Source: Bryobacteraceae bacterium (GTDB lineage: Bacteria; Acidobacteriota; Terriglobia; Bryobacterales; Bryobacteraceae). From it: DNA of 64,000 nucleotides. This document shows positions 17,921 to 26,513 of this stretch, in pieces. Location: NCBI GenBank assembly GCA_036404395.1, contig DASWZP010000168.1, forward strand, positions 15,400 to 79,399, in the 5' to 3' direction. Every line of letters begins with the position of its first letter. Positions within the stretch are counted from its first letter, which is position 1. The notes beneath the pieces are model-generated. The model did not search any database and was not told where the DNA came from. It worked only from the letters and a program-made list of their open reading frames with translations. A program made the position numbers and the translations under genes.

Positions 17921-18271
17921 CTAGCGCCACCAGGGGCTGACGGGCTGGCCGGGTTCGGGTTTGCGGCGGGCGGGACCGCTGCGGCGCGCCTCGGCCTTGC
18001 GCTCGGCGGCCACGGCACGATCGGTGGCATAGGCGAGGATGTCTTCGTTGGTCAGTTCGTGGTCACCCTGACGATCGGCCTGCAGGTCGGCGGTTATTTT
18101 CTGCGCGCAGAGCGCCGGGCCTTCCTGAATGCCGACATGGTGCTTCAAGAAAAGCTCCATATCCACGCTGACCACATGCGGGATGGAGGACTTGGTGCCG
18201 GCATCGTTCATGTCGAACCGGTACACACGCCTGTTCTGTTTCTGCTGAAACCCCATGTACCGCAGTTCCAT
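17921..18271 (-). CDS. hypothetical protein (116 aa)
   Basis: The ORF from MELRYMGFQQKQNRRVYRFDM has protein-like composition. The upstream part of the track ORF is Arg/Gly-rich and looks non-coding. Confidence 0.45.
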   Translation of the reverse strand: MELRYMGFQQKQNRRVYRFDMNDAGTKSSIPHVVSVDMELFLKHHVGIQEGPALCAQKITADLQADRQGDHELTNEDILAYATDRAVAAERKAEARRSGPARRKPEPGQPVSPWWR

Positions 18272-18570
18272 CGCTAGCTCCCTCGGCCGTGCCGCGCCGC
18301 GCCTGGATTCCGGACTCATTCGGCCGCCCCACTGTCCGCCGGCGCCGTGACCTCGCCGGTTTCGATACCGGCTGAGGCGGGAGGCCCTCCCAGGCACTCC
18401 ACCTTGCGCTGCACTGGCCTTGCGGCCTTTTCCTTCTGCTTTTCCATCCGGGCGATCTCCTATATTGACGATTCTTAAGTGAGGTATGCGATCGAGTCGG
18501 GATGGCTTGATCCTCCACCAAAAATGATCGAAGCCGGCTCCGGCGCCCGGACCGGCTTCGGTCACGCGAT

Positions 18571-18903
18571 TTACCAGCGTGGTTCGCGGCGCTGCCGCGG
18601 TCCTCCGGCGCCACCGCCGCCGCCGCGCGGGCCGCCGCGGAAGGAGCGCCCGCTGTCGGACTTGGGCCGGGCCTCGTTGATGTTGAGGGCGCGCCCATTC
18701 AATTCGGTGCCGTTCAAGGCGGCGATAGCGCGATCAGCCTCGGCGCTGTCCGTCATCTCGACAAACGCGAAGCCGCGCGAACGGCCCGTATCGCGGTCGG
18801 TGACCAGGTTGACCCTCTCCACGTTCCCGTGAGGCTCAAAGAGCGCACGGATGGAAGACTCGGTTGCGGCAAAATCCAAATTGCCTACAAAAATGTTTTT
18901 CAT
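18571..18903 (-). CDS. RRM-type RNA-binding protein with a Gly/Arg-rich tail
   Basis: RNP2 IFVGNL, RNP1 RGFAFVEM, C-terminal RGGPRGGGGGAGGPR. ATG at 18903. Confidence 0.88.
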   Translation of the reverse strand: MKNIFVGNLDFAATESSIRALFEPHGNVERVNLVTDRDTGRSRGFAFVEMTDSAEADRAIAALNGTELNGRALNINEARPKSDSGRSFRGGPRGGGGGAGGPRQRREPRW

Positions 18904-19226
18904 CTTAGGTTCCTTCGTATTTGACGGTTCGGGCAAGAGACGAGGCAGATGGACTCCGGCCAAGGCTGTAGCGGGACGATCAAAGACAAATCCAGTGTAG
19001 CAGATCTCGCCGTCACGCGCTGGTAGCGTGACACGCGTGCGAAACGGCACCTTTCGCGCACAGGCCGCATCTCCCTCTCCCTCCATTTTGAACCGAAACG
19101 GGGCGGAACGGAAAAGGCGGCGTCGCGAGAAGCGGTAAAGGCGGCGGGCTCGATCTCGCACCCAAAGTTTCCGCCCGCGGCAGTGCGGCTGCCAGGGCGT
19201 GTTAAACTACGACTTCACCCTAAATA

Positions 19227-19817
19227 ATGCTGCTTGCGAGAGAGTTTATCGCTTACACTTCCCGGCAACTGGTCAGAAGGCTGACGCCGGCCACGATTGA
19301 AACCTCCGACCCGGATCTGGTCGCCAACAAGATTGCCGAAGTCCTCACCGAAGAATTGGCGGTGGAAGACCGTCTGAACGACGAAGTGCGCGACCTGCTG
19401 AACCAATACAGCGACTACATGCGGCGCGAGGGCGTGAGTTACCAGGAAATGTTCCGCCGCATCAAGAACACGCTGATCTCGCAGCGAAAGGTGATTCGCG
19501 CTTCCGGGCGCGACACGGGCGACGCGATGAAGCTGTCGCGCGACAAAGTCACCGACATGTCGCACAAGATCGTCGACATGCTGCGCAAGAATCGCGAGCT
19601 GCGGCTCAGGAACAAGGACACCAACGCGGTGCGCCTGGAGATTCTGCGGATCATGACCGAACTGCTGCAGGCCGAGGACAAAGTCGATCGGGCGGCGCGG
19701 CAGAAGATCCGCAGCCAGAAGCGCGAGATCCCGGAAGGCAGCGAGGAGTGGGACCTGCTGCTGCGACGGTACTATGCCGAAGAGCTCAAAAAGTTCGGCA
19801 TCGATTTGGCGCGGTAG
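19227..19817 (+). CDS. DUF507-like protein
   Basis: Charged helical protein of 196 aa whose two halves are similar (REFIAYTSRQLVRRL / RDKVTDMSHKIVDMLRK). The family assignment is from memory. Confidence 0.5.
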   Translation: MLLAREFIAYTSRQLVRRLTPATIETSDPDLVANKIAEVLTEELAVEDRLNDEVRDLLNQYSDYMRREGVSYQEMFRRIKNTLISQRKVIRASGRDTGDAMKLSRDKVTDMSHKIVDMLRKNRELRLRNKDTNAVRLEILRIMTELLQAEDKVDRAARQKIRSQKREIPEGSEEWDLLLRRYYAEELKKFGIDLAR

Positions 19818-19861
19818 GGGCGGCCGGGGCTGCTGTTTCCTCGCGTGGCAGAGAAATCAAG

Positions 19862-19910
19862 AAAAAACACGCCCGCAAGCGGGCGTTGGCAAGCTAAAGC
19901 ATGCCCCACC
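19862..19910 (-). terminator. family F1 copy B: intrinsic terminator of the ara operon with a conserved 5' box
   Basis: Minus strand reads GGTGGGGCATGCTTTAGCTTGCCA-ACGCCCG-CTTG-CGGGCGT-GTTTTTTC. It starts at the araD stop codon. Confidence 0.8.
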
Positions 19911-20596
19911 TATTGGCCGTAGGTGGCTTTCGGACCGTGTTTGCGGAAGTAGTGCTTGTTGAGCTGGGCGTCGGAAATCGGTTTCGCGGCGGGGTTGATG
20001 GCGATGGTTTCGACGGCCATGGCGGCGAGCTGTTCGAGAACCACGGCGACGTGCGCCGCGTCCGCCGGGGTCTTGCCCCAGCAGAACGGCGCGTGGCCGG
20101 CCACCAGCACTCCGGGGACGGCGAGCGGCTGGCGGCCCTGCATCAACTCGACAATCGCGACGCCGGTGTTGCCCTCATAATCGCTTTCGATTTCCGCCGC
20201 CGTCAGATGGCGCGTCACCGGCACGGGGCCGTGAAAATAGTCCGCGTGGGTGGTGCCGAAGCACGGAATCTCGCGCGCGGCCTGCGCCCAAGCGGTGGCG
20301 TGGCGCGAATGCGTGTGAACGATGCCGCCGATCGAAGGAAACGCGCGGTAGAGCGCCACGTGGGTGGCCAGATCCGAAGAAGGGCGCAGGCTGCCTTCCA
20401 CCACGCGGCCATCGAGATCGGCGATCACCATGTCGGCCGGCGTCATCTTGTCGTACGGCACGCCGCTCGGCTTGATCACGACGAGGCCTTGCTCGCGCGC
20501 CAGGCCGCTCGCGTTGCCGAACGTGTAAATCACGAGGCCCCGGCGCACCACCTCCAGGTTGGCCTCCAGCACTTCAGACCGTAGCGCTTCCAGCAT
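19910..20596 (-). CDS. araD: L-ribulose-5-phosphate 4-epimerase
   Basis: TFGNASG, VIKPSGV, class II aldolase-fold His motifs (GIVHTHS, THADYF). 228 aa. Confidence 0.88.
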   Translation of the reverse strand: MLEALRSEVLEANLEVVRRGLVIYTFGNASGLAREQGLVVIKPSGVPYDKMTPADMVIADLDGRVVEGSLRPSSDLATHVALYRAFPSIGGIVHTHSRHATAWAQAAREIPCFGTTHADYFHGPVPVTRHLTAAEIESDYEGNTGVAIVELMQGRQPLAVPGVLVAGHAPFCWGKTPADAAHVAVVLEQLAAMAVETIAINPAAKPISDAQLNKHYFRKHGPKATYGQ

Positions 20597-20689
20597 TAGT
20601 TTCCCATCTCTGAGGTTCGCGGACAGAATCCCCGCGAGGCTATCGCTCTATTACAGGGCCTAAAGGCCATGTTTAGTGAATCCCATGCC

Positions 20690-20709
20690 GGCACGGCTGA
20701 AGCCGTGCC
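20690..20709 (-). other. intercistronic 8-bp GC hairpin between araB and araD
   Basis: GGCACGGC-TGAA-GCCGTGCC is perfect and has no U-tract on either strand. Confidence 0.5.
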
Positions 20710-20756
20710 CTGATACGAAGCTGCCGTAGCGCGTTGCGCACTTATGAGACAGGACA

Positions 20757-22340
20757 TTAGTTTCCTCGTCTCGACCGCGCGGCGATGCCACGCAGCTCGG
20801 GCAGAATGGCGCCGATTTCCACCGGCTTCGATTGTTTATCGCCGAACGAAAAATACAGAGTTCGATAGAGCGGAAAAAGCTCCGCGTAAGTCGCTACCGC
20901 ATCGGCTTCGGGCGCAACCGTGCGGTAGGCGGGGCAGAGCGCTTCCTGCGCTTCTTCGATGGTGCGGAATGTGCCCGCCGCCAGAAAAGCGAAAATGGCC
21001 GACCCCAGGCTGGTGACGTCGCCGGCCGGCACCAGCACGGGCTTGCCCAGCACGTTGGCGTAGACCTGGTTCAGCACCGGGTTGCGCTGCGGAATGCCGC
21101 CGCCGTTGATGACGCGCCGCACGGGCACGCCGTACTGCTCCATGCGTTCCAGAATCACGCGGGTATGAAAAGCGGTGCCCTCGATGGCGGCGAACAGCTC
21201 ATCCTGCGCGGTGTGGGTCAGCCGCCAGCCGAGGGTGATGCCGCTCAGCTCGGGATTGACCAGCACGGTGCGGTCGCCGTTGTCCCAGGTAAGGCGCAGC
21301 AGGCCGGTTTCGCCGGCGCGGAAATTCTGCAACCCCTCGGAGAGCGCGGCCACGGTGGCGCCGGCGCGGCGCGCGATGGCTTCGAAAATGTCGCCGGTGG
21401 CCGAAAGCCCGGCTTCAATGCCGGTGCGCCGGGGATCGATCGATCCGGGAACCACACCGCAGACACCGGGAACCAGTTGCGGCTGTTCGCCGATGGCCAT
21501 GATGCAGGTGGAGGTTCCGACCACGTTGACCACGTCGCCGAGCTTGACGCCCGCGCCGATGGCATCCCAGTGCGCGTCGAATGCGCCGACCGGCACCGGA
21601 ATGCCAGCGCGAAGCCCCAGCTTTTCGGCCCACTCGGCCGTAAGGTGGCCGGCGATCTGGTCGGAGGTCATGTATCGGCCGGCCAGTTTCTCGCGCACAC
21701 CCGCGAGCAGCGGGTCCACGCTAACGAGAAAATCTTCCGGCGGAAGACCGCCCAGCGCGGCGTTCCACATCCACTTGTGCCCCATGGCACAGACGCTGCG
21801 GGGTAAGTCCGCGGGATCCGTGAAGCCGCAGAGCACAGCGGCCACCATGTCGCAGTGTTCGAGCGCGGTCACCATCCGCGCGCGTTTGTCCGGGTTGTGG
21901 CGCAGCCAGTGCAGTAGCTTGGAGAAACCCCACTCGGAGGAGTACGTCCCGCCGCACCAGTCGATGGCCGCCAGGCCGCGCGCGTGAGCGGCGGCGGTGA
22001 TTTCGGCGGCCTCTTTCCAGGCGCGGTGGTCGCACCACAGGTAATAGTCGTCGATCGGCTCCAGGCGCTCGCCGACCGGGATCACGCTCGAACCGGTGGT
22101 ATCGAGGGCGATAGCTTCCACGGCCTGCCCGTCCACGCCTGCGCTCGCAATCGCCTTGCGCGAGGCCAGCGCCAGTGCGTTCATGTGATCGGCGTGGCTC
22201 TGCGTGGCGTGATCCGGATCTTCCTTCTTGCGCAGGAGCGGGTACTCGGCCACGCCCGCGCCCAGCCGGCCCTTGGCGCTATCGAAAATCGATACACGAA
22301 CGCTGAGGGTTCCGAAATCCACGCCCGCTACTAACGCCAT
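20757..22340 (-). CDS. araB: ribulokinase (FGGY family)
   Basis: N-terminal VAGVDFGTLSVR. FGGY-type length (527 aa). Lies between the isomerase gene and araD. Confidence 0.82.
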   Translation of the reverse strand: MALVAGVDFGTLSVRVSIFDSAKGRLGAGVAEYPLLRKKEDPDHATQSHADHMNALALASRKAIASAGVDGQAVEAIALDTTGSSVIPVGERLEPIDDYYLWCDHRAWKEAAEITAAAHARGLAAIDWCGGTYSSEWGFSKLLHWLRHNPDKRARMVTALEHCDMVAAVLCGFTDPADLPRSVCAMGHKWMWNAALGGLPPEDFLVSVDPLLAGVREKLAGRYMTSDQIAGHLTAEWAEKLGLRAGIPVPVGAFDAHWDAIGAGVKLGDVVNVVGTSTCIMAIGEQPQLVPGVCGVVPGSIDPRRTGIEAGLSATGDIFEAIARRAGATVAALSEGLQNFRAGETGLLRLTWDNGDRTVLVNPELSGITLGWRLTHTAQDELFAAIEGTAFHTRVILERMEQYGVPVRRVINGGGIPQRNPVLNQVYANVLGKPVLVPAGDVTSLGSAIFAFLAAGTFRTIEEAQEALCPAYRTVAPEADAVATYAELFPLYRTLYFSFGDKQSKPVEIGAILPELRGIAARSRRGN

Positions 22341-22420
22341 GCTTGCTCTCCTGACAGTGAATACCGGCTCACGCTTCGCTACCCGCCGGTCCGCTTCCGT
22401 CGAGAATCATACCGCGCGGC

Positions 22421-22448
22421 AGGAAGAAAAGCCGAGATGACTCTCGGC
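22421..22448 (-). terminator. intrinsic terminator (family F4) after the isomerase gene
   Basis: Minus strand reads GCCGAGA-GTCA-TCTCGGC-TTTTCTTCC. It is near-identical to the plus-strand element at 26294-26320. Confidence 0.7.
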
Positions 22449-22481
22449 TCTGCAGCCTAACAGGCCGCGCCACGGGGCGAC

Positions 22482-23903
22482 TTACTCGTGCGAAATTACG
22501 CTCCAACCCAGGTAATTGCCGGTGGCTTCGCGCACGGCGGGCGCGACGGACGCGAGGTTGGCCGCCACGTGATGCTCGAAACCGTTCTCGCAAATGTAAC
22601 GCAGCAGCTTCTGCAAATGCGGAATGCGCACCACGCCGGCGCCGCCGAAGGTCTCGAGCGAATCGTCGGTGAATTCGCCTTCGCCCACGTAGCCGGAGAT
22701 GATGCCTTCGCGGTCATTGGTGGAAAAGCGCGCGTAGCTCATCGGTCCGGGCTTGACCAGGCCGACGCAAGTGCCGTAGGTATTGTCACGGCCCACGGTG
22801 CCGGCGATGATGGCCTGGAAATCCATCTTGACCTCGCGGAAAAAGTGCTTGGGCAGGTTGCTGCAATGGAAGCAGACGGCCTTGTCCGGGTCGTCGCCGT
22901 AGTTGTTATTCCAATCGAGCAGCGCGCTGGGCGTGCCGGAGGCCAGTTGCAGGGCGTGCATGCCGATCACGCCACAGATGTCGACTTCGCACGCGCTCGA
23001 AATCAGGTTGTTGCTCATCATGCTCATCACCGTGCAGGGAACCACGCCGAAGAACTCTTCGAGCGAGGTCCAGCACTGAATGGCGCTGATGGAAACTTCG
23101 GTCTGCGCCATCCACTGGTCGATCACCGCGCCCAGCTTCGCCATCTTCATGAGCGCGGTGTCGGGCACGCCGCTGGTGGTGACGTAACGGTGGATTTCGT
23201 TGAGCTTGGCGACGGCCAGTGGGTCGTCATCCTTCATCCGGTTGATGCGGCCCAGAATTTCGGAAAGGTCGATCGGTTCGACGGAAATGCCGGCGCCTTC
23301 CAGAAGCTTCTCGCTGTAGCGGACGGTGTTGAACGCCGCCGGCCGCGCGCCGATGGCGCCGATGCGCAACCGCCTGAGACCCTTCACCACGCGGCAGACG
23401 GCTCCGAACCACTCGAGATCCTGGCGGAAGAGATCGGAATCCGGCGCTTCGGTATGGCGGGTGGTCAGCGAATAGCGGATGCCGTACTGGCTCAGGTTGT
23501 TGCAGGCCGACATCTTGCCGCAGAAGCTGTCGCGGCGGTCGGCGATCGACATCAATCCGGGCGTATCCGGCGTCGCCTGCACCAGTACCGGCACGTCGAC
23601 CCCGGCTCCCCGCAGGGTATCGGCAAGGGCGCGCTCCTCGCCGAAATTGGGCAGCGTAATGATCACGCCGTCGAGCGTCTCGCGATGCCGCTTGAACAGG
23701 TCGGCGCACTTGGCCGCCTCGGCGCGCGTTTCCACAGCGCCGTACTTGGTGTCTTCGGGACCGGGCGCGACCACGGTGTGGCCGGCCTTTTCCAACACTG
23801 CGATCATGTCCGCCCGCCCGCTCTTGGCCAGGTGGTCGGGAAAGAAACCGCGATTGCCGACGATCACGCCAAACGTCATCGCGCGCGTTTTGCCGTTGCT
23901 CAT
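22482..23903 (-). CDS. L-fucose/L-arabinose isomerase-family protein (probable L-arabinose isomerase of this operon)
   Basis: FGVIVGNRGFFPDHL N-terminus and the 473-aa size are typical of the FucI-like family. It lies upstream of araB and araD. Confidence 0.72.
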   Translation of the reverse strand: MSNGKTRAMTFGVIVGNRGFFPDHLAKSGRADMIAVLEKAGHTVVAPGPEDTKYGAVETRAEAAKCADLFKRHRETLDGVIITLPNFGEERALADTLRGAGVDVPVLVQATPDTPGLMSIADRRDSFCGKMSACNNLSQYGIRYSLTTRHTEAPDSDLFRQDLEWFGAVCRVVKGLRRLRIGAIGARPAAFNTVRYSEKLLEGAGISVEPIDLSEILGRINRMKDDDPLAVAKLNEIHRYVTTSGVPDTALMKMAKLGAVIDQWMAQTEVSISAIQCWTSLEEFFGVVPCTVMSMMSNNLISSACEVDICGVIGMHALQLASGTPSALLDWNNNYGDDPDKAVCFHCSNLPKHFFREVKMDFQAIIAGTVGRDNTYGTCVGLVKPGPMSYARFSTNDREGIISGYVGEGEFTDDSLETFGGAGVVRIPHLQKLLRYICENGFEHHVAANLASVAPAVREATGNYLGWSVISHE

Positions 23904-23987
23904 GGTGAAATGCCCCTTGGTTGCGATTCGAAGCTAGATTCTAACTTGTTTCAGGTTGCGGCGGCGCACGCTTGTTAGTCCGCAAAA

Positions 23988-24017
23988 CACCGGCGGCAAA
24001 AGACCGCCGGCGTTACC
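23988..24017. repeat. GC-hairpin repeat, family F3
   Basis: CAC-CCGGCGG-CAAAAGA-CCGCCGG-CGTTACC, located in the divergent isomerase/GH42 intergenic region. Confidence 0.75.
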
Positions 24018-24031
24018 AACGTCCTGCTACG

Positions 24032-26191
24032 ATGGCGTCTATGAAAACCCGCCTGTTTCGTGCGTTGCTGCCGTGGCTGGCCGCGGCCGTGGCCGCCCTG
24101 TTCGGCGCCGTCGCAATCCGCTCGCAAACGCCGGCGCCGCCGCGCTTTGCGCCGGACCGGATGGACACGTTTCTCTACGGCGCCGCTTTTTATGAAGAGT
24201 ACATGCCGGAAGACCGGCTGGAAAAGGATGTCCAACTGATGGAGCAGGCCGGCATCAACGTGGTGCGCGTGGGCGAATCCACCTGGAGCGTGTGGGAGCC
24301 CGAAGACGGCCGCTTTGAGTTCGCCTGGATGGACCGCATCGTCGAGCGGCTGGGGCGCGCGCACATCCGCGTCATCATGGGCACGCCCACTTACTCGATT
24401 CCACCGTGGATGTTCAAGGCGCACCCGGAGATACTGGTGACTCGCCTGGACGGCCAGAAGGCCAGCTACGGGATGCGCCAGAACATGGACATCACCAACG
24501 CGGATTTTCTGCGCTACTCCGAGCGGGTGATTCGCAAGATAGCCGAACACTATCGCGATAACCGGGCGGTGATTGGTTATCAGATCGACAACGAAACCAC
24601 TTCCAACGGCACGGCCGGGCCTAACGTCCAGGCCGGCTTCGTGGGCTACTTGCGGGACAAGTTTTCGACCGTCGAGCGGCTGAATCAGATCTGGGGACTG
24701 GTCTATTGGGGGCAGCAACTGCACGACTGGAGCGAGGTGCCGCCGCGCAACGGGATCCTCAATCCCGGCTGGAAACTGGAATGGGACCGCTACCAGGAAT
24801 CGCTGACCACGCGCTACTTGGCCTGGCAGGCCGGGCTGGTTCGCGAATATCTGCGGCCGGATCAATTCGTGATGCAGGATTTCGGCGGCGCGACGCGCGC
24901 CGACATCAGTGAACGCGAGATTTCGGAGAGCCTGGACATCGTGGGCATGAACCCCTATCACACCACGCAAGACGAATACACCGGCGAAGGATCGAGCTAC
25001 GGCGGCGATTTCGCGCGCTCGCTCAAACAATCCAACTACCTGGTGACCGAAATCAACGCACAGACCATTGGCTGGGATTCGCGCTCGCAGTATCCACCCT
25101 ACGACGGGCAACTGCGCCAGGACGTCTACCTGATGGCCGCGACCGGCGCCAACATGGTGGAGTACTGGCATTGGCACTCGTTGCACTACGGGCAGGAGAC
25201 CTATTGGAAGGGCGTGCTATCGCACGACCTGGAGCCAGGCCGCATCTACGCCGAGGTGTCGAAGACCGCGCACGAGCTGGAGCGGGTGGGACCGCACATC
25301 GTCGATCTGAAAGCGGCTCATCCGGTGGCCCTGCTGTACAGCAACGATTCGCGCCGCGGCACGGACTACATGCCGTTCCTGGTATCGCCAGTGGCCGGCG
25401 ACATGCCCTGGCACCATCCGCAAGGCTACGAAGTGGAAATGCGGCGGCTTTATGGAGCGCTCTTCCGGCTCAATGCCGGCGTGGACTTTATCTTCCCCGA
25501 CACGGAAGACTTGAGCGGGTACAAAGTGATCGTGGTACCACCGCTGTATGTCGCGAGCGACGCGCTGCTCGGGCGGCTGGTGGATTATGTGCGTGGCGGC
25601 GGGCACCTGGTGCTGACGCTGAAGAGCGGGTTCTGCAATGAGTATTCGACCGTGCGGGCAACCATGGCGCCGGGGCCGCTGCGCGAGGCCGCCGGCATCC
25701 ACTACCAGGAGTTCTCCAACCTGGCGAAGCCGCTCGCGCTGCGCGGCGATCCGATGCAGGCCGGCGCCCAGAACCAGGTGAGCGATTGGGCCGAAATGCT
25801 GGTGCTCGACACCGCCAAACCGCTCGCCTGGTACGATCACCCGTTCTTCGGAAAGTATCCCGCCATTACGGAGAATCACTTCGGCAAGGGTATGGTGACC
25901 TACGAAGGCACGGTGTTGAGCGCGGCGTTGCAGGAGAAGGTGCTCGCGCGCGTTCTCGAACAAGCGCAACTGGCCGGGCCCGACCAGAAGCTGCCCACGG
26001 CGGTGAGGGTCAAGCATGGCGTCAACCGCGCCGGCAAGGCGATTCACTACTACTTCAATTTCTCATCGGCGCCGCAAAGCCTGGTTTACTCTTATGCACG
26101 CGGCACGGAATTGCTGTCCGAGCGCCCGGTGGCGGCCGCATCTGCGCTGGCCCTCGAACCCTGGGGCGTGGCCATCGTCGAAGAAGAGTAG
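24032..26191 (+). CDS. GH42 beta-galactosidase with an N-terminal signal peptide
   Basis: YGAAFYEEYMPEDRLEKDVQLMEQAGINVVRVGESTWSVWEPEDGRFEF, DNETTSNG, the GH42 trimerisation region and C-terminal domains. I chose the start at MASMKTRLF (24032); the track start at 23972 crosses a repeat. Confidence 0.85.
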   Translation: MASMKTRLFRALLPWLAAAVAALFGAVAIRSQTPAPPRFAPDRMDTFLYGAAFYEEYMPEDRLEKDVQLMEQAGINVVRVGESTWSVWEPEDGRFEFAWMDRIVERLGRAHIRVIMGTPTYSIPPWMFKAHPEILVTRLDGQKASYGMRQNMDITNADFLRYSERVIRKIAEHYRDNRAVIGYQIDNETTSNGTAGPNVQAGFVGYLRDKFSTVERLNQIWGLVYWGQQLHDWSEVPPRNGILNPGWKLEWDRYQESLTTRYLAWQAGLVREYLRPDQFVMQDFGGATRADISEREISESLDIVGMNPYHTTQDEYTGEGSSYGGDFARSLKQSNYLVTEINAQTIGWDSRSQYPPYDGQLRQDVYLMAATGANMVEYWHWHSLHYGQETYWKGVLSHDLEPGRIYAEVSKTAHELERVGPHIVDLKAAHPVALLYSNDSRRGTDYMPFLVSPVAGDMPWHHPQGYEVEMRRLYGALFRLNAGVDFIFPDTEDLSGYKVIVVPPLYVASDALLGRLVDYVRGGGHLVLTLKSGFCNEYSTVRATMAPGPLREAAGIHYQEFSNLAKPLALRGDPMQAGAQNQVSDWAEMLVLDTAKPLAWYDHPFFGKYPAITENHFGKGMVTYEGTVLSAALQEKVLARVLEQAQLAGPDQKLPTAVRVKHGVNRAGKAIHYYFNFSSAPQSLVYSYARGTELLSERPVAAASALALEPWGVAIVEEE

Positions 26192-26293
26192 GTCGTCGAA
26201 CGTGTGACGTTGTGTTTTATGCCGAGTGACCGCTCCCTGACGGTCGCGGCTCCGATACGTGAGCACCGTGGCGCGGGCCGTCAGGCCTGCAGA

Positions 26294-26320
26294 GTCGAGA
26301 TTCATCTCGACTTTTCTTCC
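26294..26320 (+). terminator. intrinsic terminator (family F4) after the GH42 gene
   Basis: GTCGAGA-TTCA-TCTCGAC-TTTTCTTCC. Confidence 0.75.
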
Positions 26321-26414
26321 AGCCGCGGGGCGCGATAAGGGTGAACTCCGCCGGCATGCTATTCTGGAAACTCGAAGGCCGCAGGGGCGGCGCGACGCGC
26401 GTTCCCGCGAATGC

Positions 26415-26504
26415 GGAGAGATGGCCGAGTGGTTGAAGGCGCACGCTTGGAAAGCGTGTATAGGGGAAACTCTATCCAGGGTTCGAATCCCTGTCTCTCC
26501 GCCA
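26415..26504 (+). tRNA. tRNA-Ser(GGA): tRNA-Ser (anticodon GGA), CCA encoded
   Basis: Acceptor GGAGAGA/TCTCTCC. Anticodon stem CACGC/GCGTG with loop TTGGAAA. Long variable arm. T-arm CAGGG-TTCGAAT-CCCTG. Ends in G-CCA. Confidence 0.93.
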
Positions 26505-26513
26505 GACCATCCG

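Noticed and set aside
23972-24031. The longer N-terminus of the GH42 ORF (MLVRKTPAAKDRRRYQRPAT).
   Set aside because: These codons are the F3 hairpin repeat read in frame. The signal-peptide-like sequence begins at the Met at 24032.
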